From contig CAVONU010000003.1 in assembly GCA_963697385.1 (NCBI GenBank), positions 400,133 through 464,132 on the forward strand: a stretch of DNA of 64,000 bases. The letters are read 5' to 3'. Each line of letters starts with the position of its first letter. The stretch's first letter is position 1. The translations under genes and the position numbers were made by a program. The notes beneath the pieces are model-generated. The model saw only the letters and a program-made list of their open reading frames with translations, made no database searches and had not been told where the DNA came from. Of this stretch, positions 19,350 to 28,443 are shown piece after piece. This DNA comes from an uncultured Acidimicrobiales bacterium (GTDB taxonomy: Bacteria > Actinomycetota > Acidimicrobiia > Acidimicrobiales > CAWCAL01).

Positions 19350-20352
19350 CACCGCCCGGCGTCGGATCCACTCCGGGCAGGCTGCCGATCTCGAGCCCGG
19401 CGAGGTTCGACGTGCCCTCGAAGAGCACCCGCCCGCGTTCGCGCACGGTGCAGTGGAGCCGGCCGGCGAGGTGCTCGAAGTCGGTGTCGACGTTGCGCCG
19501 CTCGGCTGGGAGGGGCACGGGAAGCACGTGGGGCTCGAGGCCGGCCCCGTCCCCCTCCAGATCGATCCGGTAGCGCAGGGAGCGTGCCTGCAGCGACCAT
19601 CGACCGGGCGAGACGTCGGATCGCACCGGCGTCGGCGGGGTGAGACGGATCACGCGGTCGTCGATGCGGACGACGATGCCGGACACCAGGCGGGCGATCG
19701 GCCCCAACGAGAGCAGCCCACCGGAGAAGGCCACCGACACGTCGGCGCCGTCGAAATCGTGCGCCTGACCCCACCACCATCGATCCGGGAAGCCCGCACC
19801 CCAGTTCCGTTCGCAGTAGAGCGTGGCGCGATCGAAGGACCATCGATCGGCTTCGTGCGTGACGGTTCCGCTCGCCGATCCACCCAAGCGGTACGGATGC
19901 CAGTACTGATTGAGGAACGGCACGGACGAGAACACGCCACCGCCACCCAGGGCCCGGGGCCAGCGATACGGATCGGCGAAGGACAGGTCGAGGTGCAGAT
20001 CGTCCAGGTCGACCCGGAGCCGCTCGGGCGTTGCCGCGAAGCGGGCGTCGTCGGTCGGTCCGGCCACGAGGTCGAACCGGGTCCGGTCGGCGTGCGCCGC
20101 GTCCAACGCGGCCGCTCGCACCACGCCGCCCGGGTGCAGCGCCACGGCGACCGTCGCCCAGTCCCCGGCCGGGTGCCGATTGACGCCGCACAGCGCGACC
20201 ATCACCCGGTCGTGCGCTGCGTCGGTCGCCCGCCAGAACCACCCCTCCATCTCGGTGCCGTGCGAGGGGACCGGATCACCGAACGGTACGTCGGCACCGG
20301 TCCGCCGAAAGGCGCGGAGTGCAGCGGCGGCGAGCCCTCCGGCGATCGTCAG
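19342..20352 (-). CDS. tocopherol-cyclase-like family protein
   Basis: 'SHGTEMEGWFWR' matches the (F/M)EGWYFR box and 'LYCERNWGAGFPDRWWWGQA' matches the EKNWGxxFPxxWxWxQ box of VTE1-type tocopherol cyclases. The start is uncertain: CTG 20352 (CTGA overlap with the upstream stop), ATG 20250, or GTG 20418. GTG 20418 would add an Arg-rich plus hydrophobic N-terminus. Confidence 0.7.
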   Translation of the reverse strand: MTIAGGLAAAALRAFRRTGADVPFGDPVPSHGTEMEGWFWRATDAAHDRVMVALCGVNRHPAGDWATVAVALHPGGVVRAAALDAAHADRTRFDLVAGPTDDARFAATPERLRVDLDDLHLDLSFADPYRWPRALGGGGVFSSVPFLNQYWHPYRLGGSASGTVTHEADRWSFDRATLYCERNWGAGFPDRWWWGQAHDFDGADVSVAFSGGLLSLGPIARLVSGIVVRIDDRVIRLTPPTPVRSDVSPGRWSLQARSLRYRIDLEGDGAGLEPHVLPVPLPAERRNVDTDFEHLAGRLHCTVRERGRVLFEGTSNLAGLEIGSLPGVDPTPGGVR

Positions 20353-22490
20353 CCCCCGAATCCATTGGGCGTGCCCTCGACGTTGGTGTCGGGAACGACG
20401 GCGACGCTCGAGAAGCACATCTCGTCGACGGTGCCCTCGTTCCAGGTGATGTACCGGGGCTCGGGCATGGTGAGGTTCGCCCGGTCCCAGGTGCACTCGA
20501 ATCGCAGCGTGTCGCCCGGTTCGATCCGAATCTTCTCGGTGGGCACGTAGTACAGCTGCCACTCGAAGCTCCACGACGGGATGTCCAGCAGAACGCGCTC
20601 GTCGGGAGTGTCCGGATTGAGCGTCATCCGGTACGCCGCACCGAACTCGTGCATGTGGCCCAGGACCGAATGCAGCGTGCCGAAGTCCGCCGCGGGGAGA
20701 TCGCAGGAGCTCGAGAACTGCGTCCCGTCGAGGTCGTCGTAGTCATCGACCCCGCCGCCACACCGACGAATGAGGGCGTCCGGGATGAACCGGGCGCTGC
20801 CGCCGTACTTCTCCGCGATGTCGTTGAGCACCGCGTCGCGGTCGCACAGCGGGCCGGACTCCTCGGGGGTGCAGGGGCCTTCGGCCGGAGTGAGGTAGCT
20901 GCGGCCACGGATGTGGGTCATGGGTTCGTCGCGGTCGGCCAGCTCACCACCGCTCAAGGTATCGAAGACCAGCACCGACTGATCCGGGGGCGTCTCCTCG
21001 TCGAAGTGGTAGTGGACCTGGTTGACGATGAAGTCGCCCGGCTCCAGGTACAGCCCTACCCCCTCGGGGTAGACCCGGGGCTGCTGGCCCGGTGCCCACC
21101 CACCGATCGAACGCACCCCGTCGGTCTCCAGATTGGAGAGGCCGAAGCAGGACCAGCCGGGGCGCCCGTCGGCGCCGTCGAGGCGGTCGGCCTCCTCGCG
21201 GCCTGCGGCCGGCACGCGGTAGATGATCGAGTGGTGCACCACCTCGTCCTGGTCCGGCTCGAACGCGATGCCGGTGACCCACTCGCCGTCGCCTTCAGGA
21301 TCGTCGATCTCGTGAACCAGGCATCGGTAGTCGTCCTGGACGGCCAGATCACCGACGTACACGCCACGGGCCGGAACGACCTGGTCGCGATCGATGTCGT
21401 CGAAGGGCGGATCGTCGGCAACCAGCTGCGTCGACGGCTCGACGTCGAGGCCTCCACCCCCGTCGGCCCAGGCGCCGATCGTTTCGATCTGGTCGTCGGT
21501 CAGTGAGAAGTCGTGCTCGAAGGCCGGGCTCAGGTCGGATGCTGGCCACGGCGGCATGTACCGGGCCGCGGTGACGAGGGCGATGTCCTCGGCGATCTCG
21601 GCCGCCTTCCCGGCCGTGTCGAGCTCGACGGTCGACCAGCCGGGTCCGCCCTCGGTGTGACAGGACACACAGCCGGACTCGAGGATGGGCTGGACCGATG
21701 CGGCGAATCGGCCTTCGCCCACCCCGGGGTCGGCGGCTGCGGTCCGCAGCACGTTCTCGTCGGGCGGGCTGATATCGCCGGCCGCTCGACCGGCCACGAG
21801 CGAGAGATCGAACCGAACCTCGTCGTCGGTATGGGCCAACCCGGCAACGTGGATGGGTCCGATGTCGTAGGTGGACATCAGGATCGTGCCGGTCATGTCG
21901 GCCCGCAACGTGTCGGCGTCGACCGACACCGGGCCGGTGAAGGTCACCGGTGCGGTGGTCTCCTTGATGGTGAGATCACCGTGGATGGTCAGTGCTCCAC
22001 TGGCCTCGGCACCGATCGCGGTGGGGATGCCGTCCACCTCGGTGGCCTCGAACGTGGCGAAGGGATGGTGCGTGGATTCGAGGAAGTCGTGGCGGATCCG
22101 CTTGTCGCGCAGGGCCGAGTCGGACTCGAACATCTCGACGTTGATGACGATGGTGCCGATCCGGCTCGCCTCGGGCTCGGCGAGACTCACGGCGATGTCC
22201 CCGGCCAGCACACTGCTGGTGCCGGTCGCGGTCCCCGTTCGACCGGCGAGAGACTCCTCGACGTGGTAGGTCAGCTCGGAGCCACCGCCAGGGGTGATCC
22301 GATAGAGGGCCTCGGTGGATGCGTCGAGATCCTCGATGGTGGGAGCGACGGCGCCGGTCGTGTGGGCGTGATCGTCCTCCAGGAGCCAGTGCCACTGTTC
22401 CTGGGTGGCCGCCGCCACGCCGACGACGCCGACGAGGAAGACGACAACGATCACCGCTCGGTGCTGGAACAGGCGCCGCAGGCGCGTCAT
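20349..22490 (-). CDS. exported tri-domain fusion: YceI-like lipid-binding domain + c-type cytochrome (CxxCH) + PHM/DBH-like type-II copper monooxygenase
   Basis: N-terminal anchor 'RAVIVVVFLVGVVGVAAA'. YceI block 'LYRITPGGGSELTYHVEE...SALRDKRIRHDFLESTHHPFATFEATEV...GDLTIKETTAPVTF'. Haem motif 'QPILESGCVSCHTEGG...ARYMPPWP'. Copper-ligand pattern 'VVHHSIIY', 'NQVHYHF', 'LGHMHEFG', 'VDEMCF'. Start is ATG 22490 (MTRLRRLF) or ATG 22544. Confidence 0.75.
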   Translation of the reverse strand: MTRLRRLFQHRAVIVVVFLVGVVGVAAATQEQWHWLLEDDHAHTTGAVAPTIEDLDASTEALYRITPGGGSELTYHVEESLAGRTGTATGTSSVLAGDIAVSLAEPEASRIGTIVINVEMFESDSALRDKRIRHDFLESTHHPFATFEATEVDGIPTAIGAEASGALTIHGDLTIKETTAPVTFTGPVSVDADTLRADMTGTILMSTYDIGPIHVAGLAHTDDEVRFDLSLVAGRAAGDISPPDENVLRTAAADPGVGEGRFAASVQPILESGCVSCHTEGGPGWSTVELDTAGKAAEIAEDIALVTAARYMPPWPASDLSPAFEHDFSLTDDQIETIGAWADGGGGLDVEPSTQLVADDPPFDDIDRDQVVPARGVYVGDLAVQDDYRCLVHEIDDPEGDGEWVTGIAFEPDQDEVVHHSIIYRVPAAGREEADRLDGADGRPGWSCFGLSNLETDGVRSIGGWAPGQQPRVYPEGVGLYLEPGDFIVNQVHYHFDEETPPDQSVLVFDTLSGGELADRDEPMTHIRGRSYLTPAEGPCTPEESGPLCDRDAVLNDIAEKYGGSARFIPDALIRRCGGGVDDYDDLDGTQFSSSCDLPAADFGTLHSVLGHMHEFGAAYRMTLNPDTPDERVLLDIPSWSFEWQLYYVPTEKIRIEPGDTLRFECTWDRANLTMPEPRYITWNEGTVDEMCFSSVAVVPDTNVEGTPNGFGG

Positions 22491-22553
22491 ACCGTCTCCC
22501 CTGGACGAGGCCGCCTGCCTGACGACTCCCCCATCTGGCGCCAATCGTACAGG

Positions 22554-23402
22554 TCAGCCCTTCACCGCACCGGTGGTCAGGCCGCGGATGATCTGTTTCT
22601 GGAACAGGATCAGCAGCAGGAGGATGGGCAGCGCGGCGATCAGCGCCGCCGCGACGCCGACATTGAACCGCTCCGGGTTCTGCACCGTGATGCTCCGCAG
22701 CGTCACCTGCACGGTCTCCCAACTCTCCCTGGTGGTGACCGCGCGGGGCCATAGGTACTGGTTCCATGCCGTCAACGCTGCGATCAGCGTGAACGATCCG
22801 ATGATGGCGCGGTTCATCGGGATGGCGATCCGCCAGAGGAATCCGGCGTGCCCGTAGCCGTCCAGTTTCGCCGCCTCGCGAAGGTCCGACGGCATGCCCA
22901 TGAACCCCTGCCGGATCAGGAAGATCCCGAACGCCGATGCGACGAACGGAGCGCTGAGGCCGGCGATCGAGTCGAGCCAGCTCAGCTCGCGGATCGTGCG
23001 GACGTTGGCGACGAGGGTCACCTCGATCGGGAGGAGCAACGATGCGATGACCACGACGAAGAGCACGTTCTTGAACGGGTAGCGGAGGAACGCGAACGAG
23101 TACGCGGCCAGCACCGAGGTGACGAGCTGGGCCACCGTGATCGCCACCGTCACCGCCAGGGTCAGCAGCATGGAGCGACCCAGATCACCGTCGCTCCAGG
23201 CGGTGCCGAAGACCTCCCGGTCGATCGCAACCGGGTACAGGGGTTGGCCCTCCTCGATGTAGAGGAACGGGTCCGAGATCGCCCGTACGATCGTCATCCA
23301 GATCGGGAAAAGCACGAGCAGCGACAGCGCCGAGAGGAAGACGTACCACCCGATCTGGGTGTGACTCGTGAATCGGCGGGATCCCTTGGCGTCAGTCGCC
23401 AT
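22554..23402 (-). CDS. carbohydrate-type ABC transporter permease (MalG/UgpE-like)
   Basis: Six TM segments. EAA loop 'LREAAKLDGYGHAGFLWRIAIP'. Overlaps the upstream permease by 11 nt. Confidence 0.9.
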   Translation of the reverse strand: MATDAKGSRRFTSHTQIGWYVFLSALSLLVLFPIWMTIVRAISDPFLYIEEGQPLYPVAIDREVFGTAWSDGDLGRSMLLTLAVTVAITVAQLVTSVLAAYSFAFLRYPFKNVLFVVVIASLLLPIEVTLVANVRTIRELSWLDSIAGLSAPFVASAFGIFLIRQGFMGMPSDLREAAKLDGYGHAGFLWRIAIPMNRAIIGSFTLIAALTAWNQYLWPRAVTTRESWETVQVTLRSITVQNPERFNVGVAAALIAALPILLLLILFQKQIIRGLTTGAVKG

Positions 23403-24255
23403 AGTGCACCTTGCGGTTCAGCAGCGTGAGCTGGATCATCGTCACGACGAACGTCAGAGCGAAGAGGCCGAGGGACATGGCGGCGCCGTCGCTGATCGAG
23501 CCCGGATCCTGGCGGTTGAAGATCTTGTACACGAGTGTCTCGGTGCTCTGGGCCGGACCACCCTGGGTGAGGATCTCCATCGGGGCGAACGCCTGGAAGC
23601 CCATGATGACCAGGACCACGGTCAGAAAGGCCAACGTGGGCGAGATGAGGGGGATCGTCACCCGCCACAGCCGCCGCACCGGTCCGAATCCGTCGAGCGT
23701 GGCCGCCTCGTTGAGTTCCTCGGGCACCGCCTGGAGCGCAGCCAGCACGAGGATGAACGACAGGCCGATGTTCTGCCAGATGGACGTGAGCGCGACGCCG
23801 CGGAGCGCACTCTCGGACCGCCCGAGGTCGATGAAGTCGACCTGGCCGAAGATCCCGATCTTCGGGTTGACCAGACCGAAGAACACGACCGACGCGACCG
23901 CCGTTGAGGTGGCCACCGTGGAGCTGAAGATCATCTGGAACGCCTTGATCCCACGCAGCCGGCGATGCGCCGCCACGGCCAGGAGCAGCCCGAGGAAGAG
24001 ACCGAGGGGAACGGTGTAGAGCAGGTACCGGACCGTGATCGACAGGCCCTCGCCGAACTCGTCCCCGGTCAGCACGTCGGTGATGTGGGACGGGCCCACG
24101 TACACCTCGCCCGTGCCGAAGCGGTTGGGTCGGTTCAGCGACAGATCGACCAGCCGGTACAACGGGTAGTACGCGAACGCCGCAAGCCCGGCGAGCGCCG
24201 GCAGGAGCAGCGCGTACCCGAGCGCCGCCTCGCGCCACGACCCGTGGTCGTCCAT
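23392..24255 (-). CDS. carbohydrate-type ABC transporter permease (MalF/UgpA-like)
   Basis: 'ALGYALLLPALAGLAAFAYYPL' N-terminus and EAA loop 'LNEAATLDGFGPVRRLWRVTIP'. ATG at 24255 (MDDHGSW). Confidence 0.9.
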   Translation of the reverse strand: MDDHGSWREAALGYALLLPALAGLAAFAYYPLYRLVDLSLNRPNRFGTGEVYVGPSHITDVLTGDEFGEGLSITVRYLLYTVPLGLFLGLLLAVAAHRRLRGIKAFQMIFSSTVATSTAVASVVFFGLVNPKIGIFGQVDFIDLGRSESALRGVALTSIWQNIGLSFILVLAALQAVPEELNEAATLDGFGPVRRLWRVTIPLISPTLAFLTVVLVIMGFQAFAPMEILTQGGPAQSTETLVYKIFNRQDPGSISDGAAMSLGLFALTFVVTMIQLTLLNRKVHYGD

Positions 24256-24406
24256 CCCGGCCGTTGCCCCATCGCTGCCGACGCGCCTCACACGCCGACC
24301 CTACCTCCCGGACCGCGAGCCGTATCGGTGTCGTCGCCGGCGTCGGTGGCTCCGAGCTCCCCGATCCATCTGCCCCGCCACGCCCGACGCCTGCCAGACT
24401 GCACCC

Positions 24407-25993
24407 ATGCAGGTCTTCGACGGTGTCCAGCAGCCCGGCCAGGTGTGGCACAACCTTCCCACTCCGGCGCTCTACGAACATGCGGTCCGCCGCCACGAGG
24501 CGATGATCTCCCACCTCGGCCCCATGGTGGTGCGCACCGGGCAGTACACGGGTCGCTCCCCCAACGACAAGTGGGTGGTCGAGGAACCGGGGAGCAGGGA
24601 CGAGGTCTGGTGGGGCGACGTCAACCAGGCGATGTCGGAGGAGACCTACGACCACCTCCGCGCCCGCCTGATGGCCTACCTCCAGCAGCGGGACCTCTAC
24701 GTCCAGGACTGCTACTCCGGAGCTGACGAGCGGCACCGGCTCAACGTCCGGATCGTGACCGAGCGGGCGTGGCACAGCCTGTTCATCCGCAACATGTTCA
24801 TCCAGGAGCTGGACCCCGAGAAGCTGGCCGCGTTCGAGCCCGACTTCACCGTGATCGACGCCCCGGGGTTCAACGCCGTCCCCGAGGTTGACGGCACGCG
24901 CAGCGAGGTCTTCGTCGCGCTCAACCTGGCCCGCAAGGAGGTGATCATCGGCGGCACCGAATACGCCGGCGAGATGAAGAAGTCGATGTTCACCGTGATG
25001 AACTACCTCCTGCCGAAGGAGGGCATCATGGCGATGCACTGCTCGGCCAACCACGCACCTGGCGATCCCGACGAGTGCGCCATCTTCTTCGGCCTGTCCG
25101 GAACCGGGAAGACCACCCTGTCGGCCGACCCCAAGCGCACGCTGATCGGCGACGACGAGCACGGGTGGGGCGACACGGGCGTCTTCAACTTCGAGGGCGG
25201 GTGCTACGCCAAGGTCATCAAGTTGAGCCCCACCGGCGAGCCCGAGATCCACGAGACCACGCGGCGGTTCGGCACCATCCTCGAGAACGTGGCGATCGAC
25301 CCGGCCACCCGTCACATCGATCTGAACAGCGACGAATACACCGAGAACACCCGGGCCAGCTACCCGCTCTCGCACATCCCCAACGCGTCGAAGACCCGCA
25401 TGGGCGGTCACGCCAAAGTCGTGATCATGCTCACCGCGGACGCGTTCGGCGTGCTCCCACCCATCGCTCGGCTCACGACCGAGCAGGCGATGTACCACTT
25501 CATCTCGGGGTACACGGCCAAGGTGGCCGGGACCGAACGGGGCATCACCGAACCGCAGGCGACGTTCAGCGCGTGCTTCGGAGCACCCTTCATGGTCCAC
25601 CCGCCCGGGGTCTACGCCGAGCTCCTGGCATCCAAGATCGAGGAGCACGACTCGAAGGTGTACCTCATCAACACCGGGTGGACCGGCGGTCCCCACGGTG
25701 TCGGCCAGCGCATCGATCTGGCCCACACCCGGTCCATGGTCGACGCCGCGCTCAACGACGACTTCGACGGCGTCGAGTTCCGGGCCGACCCCGTCTTCGG
25801 GCTGGCGGTGCCCACCAGCGTCGCCGGCGTTCCCGACGGCGTCCTCGACCCACGCTCCACCTGGCCCGACGGCGACGCCTACGATGCCCAGGCGTCCCAG
25901 CTGGCGAGCATGTTCGTGGCGAACTTCGAGAAGTTCGCCGACTCGGCCTCCTCCGAGGTCAAGGCGGCGGGTCCGAGACCGACCAGCGGCTGA
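24407..25993 (+). CDS. pckA: phosphoenolpyruvate carboxykinase (ATP)
   Basis: 'VRTGQYTGRSPNDKWVV', P-loop 'FFGLSGTGKTTLSADP', 'IGDDEHGW', 'YHFISGYTAKVAGTE'. 528 aa. Confidence 0.95.
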   Translation: MQVFDGVQQPGQVWHNLPTPALYEHAVRRHEAMISHLGPMVVRTGQYTGRSPNDKWVVEEPGSRDEVWWGDVNQAMSEETYDHLRARLMAYLQQRDLYVQDCYSGADERHRLNVRIVTERAWHSLFIRNMFIQELDPEKLAAFEPDFTVIDAPGFNAVPEVDGTRSEVFVALNLARKEVIIGGTEYAGEMKKSMFTVMNYLLPKEGIMAMHCSANHAPGDPDECAIFFGLSGTGKTTLSADPKRTLIGDDEHGWGDTGVFNFEGGCYAKVIKLSPTGEPEIHETTRRFGTILENVAIDPATRHIDLNSDEYTENTRASYPLSHIPNASKTRMGGHAKVVIMLTADAFGVLPPIARLTTEQAMYHFISGYTAKVAGTERGITEPQATFSACFGAPFMVHPPGVYAELLASKIEEHDSKVYLINTGWTGGPHGVGQRIDLAHTRSMVDAALNDDFDGVEFRADPVFGLAVPTSVAGVPDGVLDPRSTWPDGDAYDAQASQLASMFVANFEKFADSASSEVKAAGPRPTSG

Positions 25994-26148
25994 TGCGGTA
26001 TGCGATCAGCGTCCCGAACTTCGGGGAGTACGCCGATCCGAGGGTGACCGCCGACCTGGTTGCAGGTGGGGGCATGGACGCTGCCCGACCTGCGCGACCA
26101 GATCGAGGCCGGACCTCCGCACCGGTAGCGCACACGCCGCTAGCGTGA
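25993..26148 (+). pseudogene. possible remnant of an LLM-class F420-dependent oxidoreductase (N-terminal ~22 codons only)
   Basis: The ATG shares one base with the pckA stop (TGATG). 'MRYAISVPNFGEYADPRVTADL' looks like the stereotyped N-terminus of LLM-class oxidoreductases. The reading frame then degenerates and stops after 51 codons. Confidence 0.35.
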
Positions 26149-27032
26149 CCCTCGTGATCGACCGGGTCCCCTTCGGCTCCACCGGGCACCGCAGCAGTCG
26201 GGTGATCTTCGGCGCCGCGGCACTCAGCGCCATGAGCCAGGCTCGTTCCGACGAGACCCTGGCGGTCGCGCGGCGATTCGGCATCAACCACATCGACACC
26301 GCCGCCGACTACGGCGAGTCCGAGCTGCGCTTGGCTCCCTTCCTCGCCCAGCGTCGCAATGAGGTCTTCCTCGCCACCAAGACCGGTGAGCGCTCGGGCG
26401 ACCGGGCCCGCGCCCAGCTCGAGCGCAGCCTGGAGCGAATGGGTGTGGCCGACATCGATCTCATCCAGCTCCACAACCTGGTCGAAGAGGAGGACTGGCG
26501 CACTGCGTTCTCGCCGGGCGGTGCGGTCGAAGCGCTGTTCCAGGCGCGCACCGAGGGTCTGTGCCGGCATGTCGGCGTGACCGGTCATGGCCTGCGGATC
26601 GCCCGGATGCATCTGCGCAGCCTGGCCGAAGCCCCCTTCGCCTCGGTCCTGTTCCCCTGGAACCATGCGCTCGCTGCGGTCGGCGAGTACGCGGCCGACG
26701 TCGAGCGGTTGCGCGGCGTCTGCGTCGAGCGCGGCGTTGCCATGCAGACGATCAAGTCCGTGGCCCGGCGTCGATGGGACGACCCCGGCGCACGGCGGTT
26801 CTCGTGGTACGAGCCCATCCCCGAGGGCGAGGCCCTTGACCGCGCCGTGGCGTTCGTGCTGTCCCAGTCCGATCTGTTCCTCAACAGTTCCAGCGACGCT
26901 CGTCTGCTGCAGGCCACCTGCGAGGCGGCGTCCGGTCTCGCCACTATGCCGTCGCCCGAACAGCTCATCCGAGATCGAGAGGATCTCGGTATCACTCCAC
27001 TGTTCGACGGCGACCGCCTCGAGGTGATCTGA
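26145..27032 (+). CDS. aldo/keto reductase
   Basis: 'RVIFGAAALS...FGINHIDTAADYGESELRL...VFLATKTG...DLIQLHN' fits the AKR pattern. GTG start at 26145 or 26154. The upstream 150 aa of ORF 25698.. overlap pckA. Confidence 0.85.
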   Translation: MTLVIDRVPFGSTGHRSSRVIFGAAALSAMSQARSDETLAVARRFGINHIDTAADYGESELRLAPFLAQRRNEVFLATKTGERSGDRARAQLERSLERMGVADIDLIQLHNLVEEEDWRTAFSPGGAVEALFQARTEGLCRHVGVTGHGLRIARMHLRSLAEAPFASVLFPWNHALAAVGEYAADVERLRGVCVERGVAMQTIKSVARRRWDDPGARRFSWYEPIPEGEALDRAVAFVLSQSDLFLNSSSDARLLQATCEAASGLATMPSPEQLIRDREDLGITPLFDGDRLEVI

Positions 27033-27054
27033 CACGGGTCGGGTTGCCGACGGG

Positions 27055-28443
27055 TCAGGCCTCGGCGAGGGCGAGGAACTCCTTCTCGATGCCCTCGGCC
27101 ACGTCGTTCAGGTCGGGAATGACGTCGCGGTCCGACGTGATGCCGAAGAAGAGCTGGTCGTCGTAGGACACCACCGCAATGGTCAGTCCCTCGTTGTCGA
27201 TCACCTCGACGTAGGGATAGGTGCGGAGCAGCCGGCCTCCCTTCAGGTAGAGCGGCACGGGCGGTCCGGGGATGTTGGTGATCACCAGATTCATGGGGAT
27301 CCGCCGGCTGACCAAGCGGGTCAGCGGCGCGGCCAGCGGGGTGATCCCGTCGGCGATCCTGAGGATCATCTCGGCGCCGTCGACCAGGCCCGACCCCTTG
27401 AGCTCGCTGGTGCACTCGTGGATTCGCCGCAGCCGGGTCACGGGATCGGGTTCGTCGACCGGGAGATCGACGACGATCAGGGACACTCGATTGCCCAGGG
27501 TGTCCCCGTGTTCGGCCTCGCTCCGCAACGACACCGGCACCATCGCCTTCAGCACGCGGCCCTCGATCCCCGAACCGTGTTCGATCAGGAACTGCCGCAG
27601 CGCTCCGCTGCACGCCGCGAGCACCACGTCGTTGATACTCACCGAGTGCTCGGAGCGGACTCGCCGCACCGCATCGAAGGAGACGTCGGCGTGGACCCAG
27701 CGCCGGTGGGGTGTCACGGCCACGTTCCACGGCGCCGGCTCGGGCATGTCCATGAACGTGGTGAGGGTGCGAACGACGTTGAGGGTGGCATCGATCACGG
27801 GACGGGGATGGGTGACCATCTCGATCGAGGACCTCGCCAGCCGGGACGGGCGGAGCAGCTGTGCCCACACGGAGTCCGCCAGCAGGCGCTGCGGCGAGGG
27901 CGCCGGACGGGCTCGCCATGCGGCGGGCTCCTCGTCCTCCCGCGGGTCGGGCTCGAGGTCGACCAGCGCAAGGGCGAGGTCGACGTTGGCGATGCCGTCG
28001 CCCAGCGCGTGGTGGGTCTTGATGACCAGCCCGATCGCGTCGCCGGCGAGACCGTCGATGAACCACATCTCCCACAGGGGACGTCGGCGATCCAGGGCCA
28101 GCGACTGGATCCGCGCCATCAGGGTCGAGAGCTGGTCGTCGTCGCCGGGGCGCGGGAGCGCGGTGAGCCGAACGTGGTACTCGATGTCGAACCCGTCGTC
28201 ATCGACCCAGACGGGCCGGCCCTGGCCGAACGGCACTTCCATGATCCGTTGCCGCAACCGGGGCACGCGATGCAGCCGTCGGGCGACGTGGGCCCGGAGC
28301 TCCTCGAACCGGATGCGGCCCGACCCGTCGCGGAGCCGTCCGCCGTCGAAGACCGACAACGAACCGACGTGCTGCGGCTCGTGGGCCGTTTCGATACGGA
28401 GAAACACCGTGTCCGCCGCGGTCAGGCGCTCGTACGTGGTCAC
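27055..28443 (-). CDS. wax ester synthase/diacylglycerol acyltransferase (WS/DGAT)
   Basis: Catalytic 'HHALGDG' motif, 'LTAADTVFLRIETAHEPQHVGSL' N-terminus, 'NLVITNIPGPPVPLYLKG' C-terminal motif. GTG 28443 forms a GTGA overlap with the methyltransferase stop. Confidence 0.9.
   Translation of the reverse strand: MTTYERLTAADTVFLRIETAHEPQHVGSLSVFDGGRLRDGSGRIRFEELRAHVARRLHRVPRLRQRIMEVPFGQGRPVWVDDDGFDIEYHVRLTALPRPGDDDQLSTLMARIQSLALDRRRPLWEMWFIDGLAGDAIGLVIKTHHALGDGIANVDLALALVDLEPDPREDEEPAAWRARPAPSPQRLLADSVWAQLLRPSRLARSSIEMVTHPRPVIDATLNVVRTLTTFMDMPEPAPWNVAVTPHRRWVHADVSFDAVRRVRSEHSVSINDVVLAACSGALRQFLIEHGSGIEGRVLKAMVPVSLRSEAEHGDTLGNRVSLIVVDLPVDEPDPVTRLRRIHECTSELKGSGLVDGAEMILRIADGITPLAAPLTRLVSRRIPMNLVITNIPGPPVPLYLKGGRLLRTYPYVEVIDNEGLTIAVVSYDDQLFFGITSDRDVIPDLNDVAEGIEKEFLALAEA

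Noticed and set aside
23294-25726. 810-aa ORF on the - strand
   Set aside because: Antisense to pckA and out of frame with the permease genes. No recognisable motifs, while pckA on the opposite strand is unambiguous.
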